Part shown: piece after piece, positions 62,450 to 64,000 of the stretch
Numbering within the stretch: position 1 is the stretch's first letter
Layout of the letters: every line of letters begins with the position of its first letter
Assembly: GCA_951406725.2 (NCBI GenBank)
Contig: OX597824.1
Coordinates: forward strand, 99,262,001 to 99,326,000
Length of the DNA: 64,000 nt
Source: Octopus vulgaris
Lineage: Eukaryota
Direction of reading: 5' to 3'
Program-made: the position numbers and the translations under genes
Notes under the pieces: model-generated
What the model was told of the DNA's origin: nothing
Databases searched by the model: none
The model's input: only the letters and a program-made list of their open reading frames with translations

Positions 62450-63472
62450 TGAATACTAGAATACTTTCTCAAGAAACAAGTGAATTCATCGCTAACAAGA
62501 AGCTGTTTGCCAGAGATAACTTTATGGTTCTTGGTTCAATCTCACCCTGAAGTAAATTATTGATGCAGGTCACTTGATTAAGAAGATTGCTTCACAGCTT
62601 GGTGGATTTGGGTTCAATCCCAGTGCACGGCAGCTTGGATAAGTGTCTTCTAACATAGCCTCAGTAGAACCAAGGTGTGGAAGGTCATTAGAAAGACTGT
62701 TCCTGTCCAAGGGTGGTGGACTTAATCTATCATCTTGGTTTAATAACCCCATCTGGTCCCCAGGTTTCTTTCATGGTGTTCAGTCGGTCATTAACATTCA
62801 GGCCACTTTTCTGGTTTAAGAACCACTAACAATGGTAACGGTTCAACCTCAGACAAAACCAAAACATAAACTGAGCTACTTTGGACTCTGTGACTAGTTC
62901 AGGTCACCACTCTGGCCATCGTCCACTTTTTGTTGGGCATTACAATATCAAATGACATTGTAGACATGATCTCCAGCCTTGCTGGAAATAGCAGTCAAAT
63001 CTTCTTTAAATAATACTGTACCATCTTGAAAAATGTCCCACTATATAATGGAGTTTGTGATATACTATCTCTGGCAAAAATAGATGAGGTGGTCATAGCT
63101 AGAACGCCTTTGATCATAAACCTTCTCAGGCTCAAGTTAGGGGTTAAACAATGAGAATAAACGAGTATAAAAAGTTAGCATTGGTGAATATTTCAAAAGC
63201 GTATCTGTATTTAAGGTTTGTAAAGATTCGTTTTTCTGTTCTGTATGGAGAACATGTTCAACAGGGTGCGAGGAACGCGATAGACAATGTCAGTTGAACA
63301 TTTTAGAAAATGAGCAGAAGATAATATTGTAGCCAGATCCTTGTATAAGGGACTCTGTTTATCCAAATGGAAAAACGGAAGTTATGTGGTCAGTGAGAGG
63401 AAGGGATTTCAACTCGCTGTAAAAGCACGTGCGTGTGTACACAAATGAATTTAAGTATGTATATGTACACGT

Positions 63473-63517
<45 letters not shown>

Positions 63518-63519
63518 AT

Positions 63520-64000
63520 CATATCAAAGGGAAATGGAATTTAATTAAAATAAATGGAATTTAATTAAATAAAAAACATTAAATTAAAATTTACATTTCC
63601 AGTGGTCTAATGCGTAAAAAAACTTTAGTCAAAAAGACTATATATTAGTCATACAATATAGTGTATATTTAAACACATAGAGAATCCACTTATCGGAATT
63701 CTACGCGCTAGAAAGAACAGCTAAGTTCTATGACCACAAAAAATTCAGGATAAAATTCGACAGGAATAAATTTGGAAATGAAAAACATTTACTATCTAGT
63801 TTCCTGGAGCAATTGGTTTCTAATCACCTTTTAGCGAGTCATGGAGAACTCACAAGGTTTGATTTTCTTCAGCAGGTCCAACCCAGTGTTAAACATATCC
63901 ACACGAGACAAACAAGGCTACCTGTCTTGTGTTTATACGAACTAACTTTTCAAATTTACTGCGCAGACACAGTCCTTTGTTGGCTACAATAAAAAACTGC
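63520..64000 (-). mobile_element. Probable Penelope-like pseudo-LTR
   Basis: Abuts (TA)n at about 63493-63517 and contains the hammerhead motif. Confidence 0.45.
63803..63876 (-). ncRNA. Degenerate type I minimal hammerhead ribozyme motif
   Basis: Minus strand: CCTG-CTGAAGA-[AAATCA.CCTT.GTGAGT/ACTCGC.AAGG.TGATTA hairpin]-GAAA-CCAATTG-CTC^CAGG. Confidence 0.65.

Overview
AT-rich, microsatellite- and transposon-dense animal genomic DNA. The repeat families (RTE LINE 3' ends with (CAT)n tails, tRNA-derived SINEs, Penelope-like remnants) point to an octopus/coleoid cephalopod, which is inference. The window lies inside one large + strand gene, a LOXHD1-like multi-PLAT protein. I traced 19 internal coding exons (9598-59093, 2961 nt, about 987 codons), all GT-AG and all phase-compatible, encoding seven consecutive PLAT/LH2 repeats that from memory match about PLAT4-PLAT10 of vertebrate LOXHD1. 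Start and stop codons lie outside the window. The introns hold mariner and DD37E Tc1 transposons, Helitrons, a Tigger-like MITE, RTE and R4/Dong-like LINEs, Penelope-like remnants and SINEs. Most notable non-coding observations: (i) a 123-bp 28S rRNA fragment (P-loop region) flanked by a 20-bp direct duplication at the apex of an approximately 250-bp palindrome; (ii) two minimal type I hammerhead ribozyme motifs, one sense to the pre-mRNA; (iii) inverted RTE 3' ends bracketing exons; (iv) phase-1 introns at every PLAT boundary. Most ORFs in the supplied track are microsatellite or antisense artefacts. All homology calls are by eye; no searches were run.
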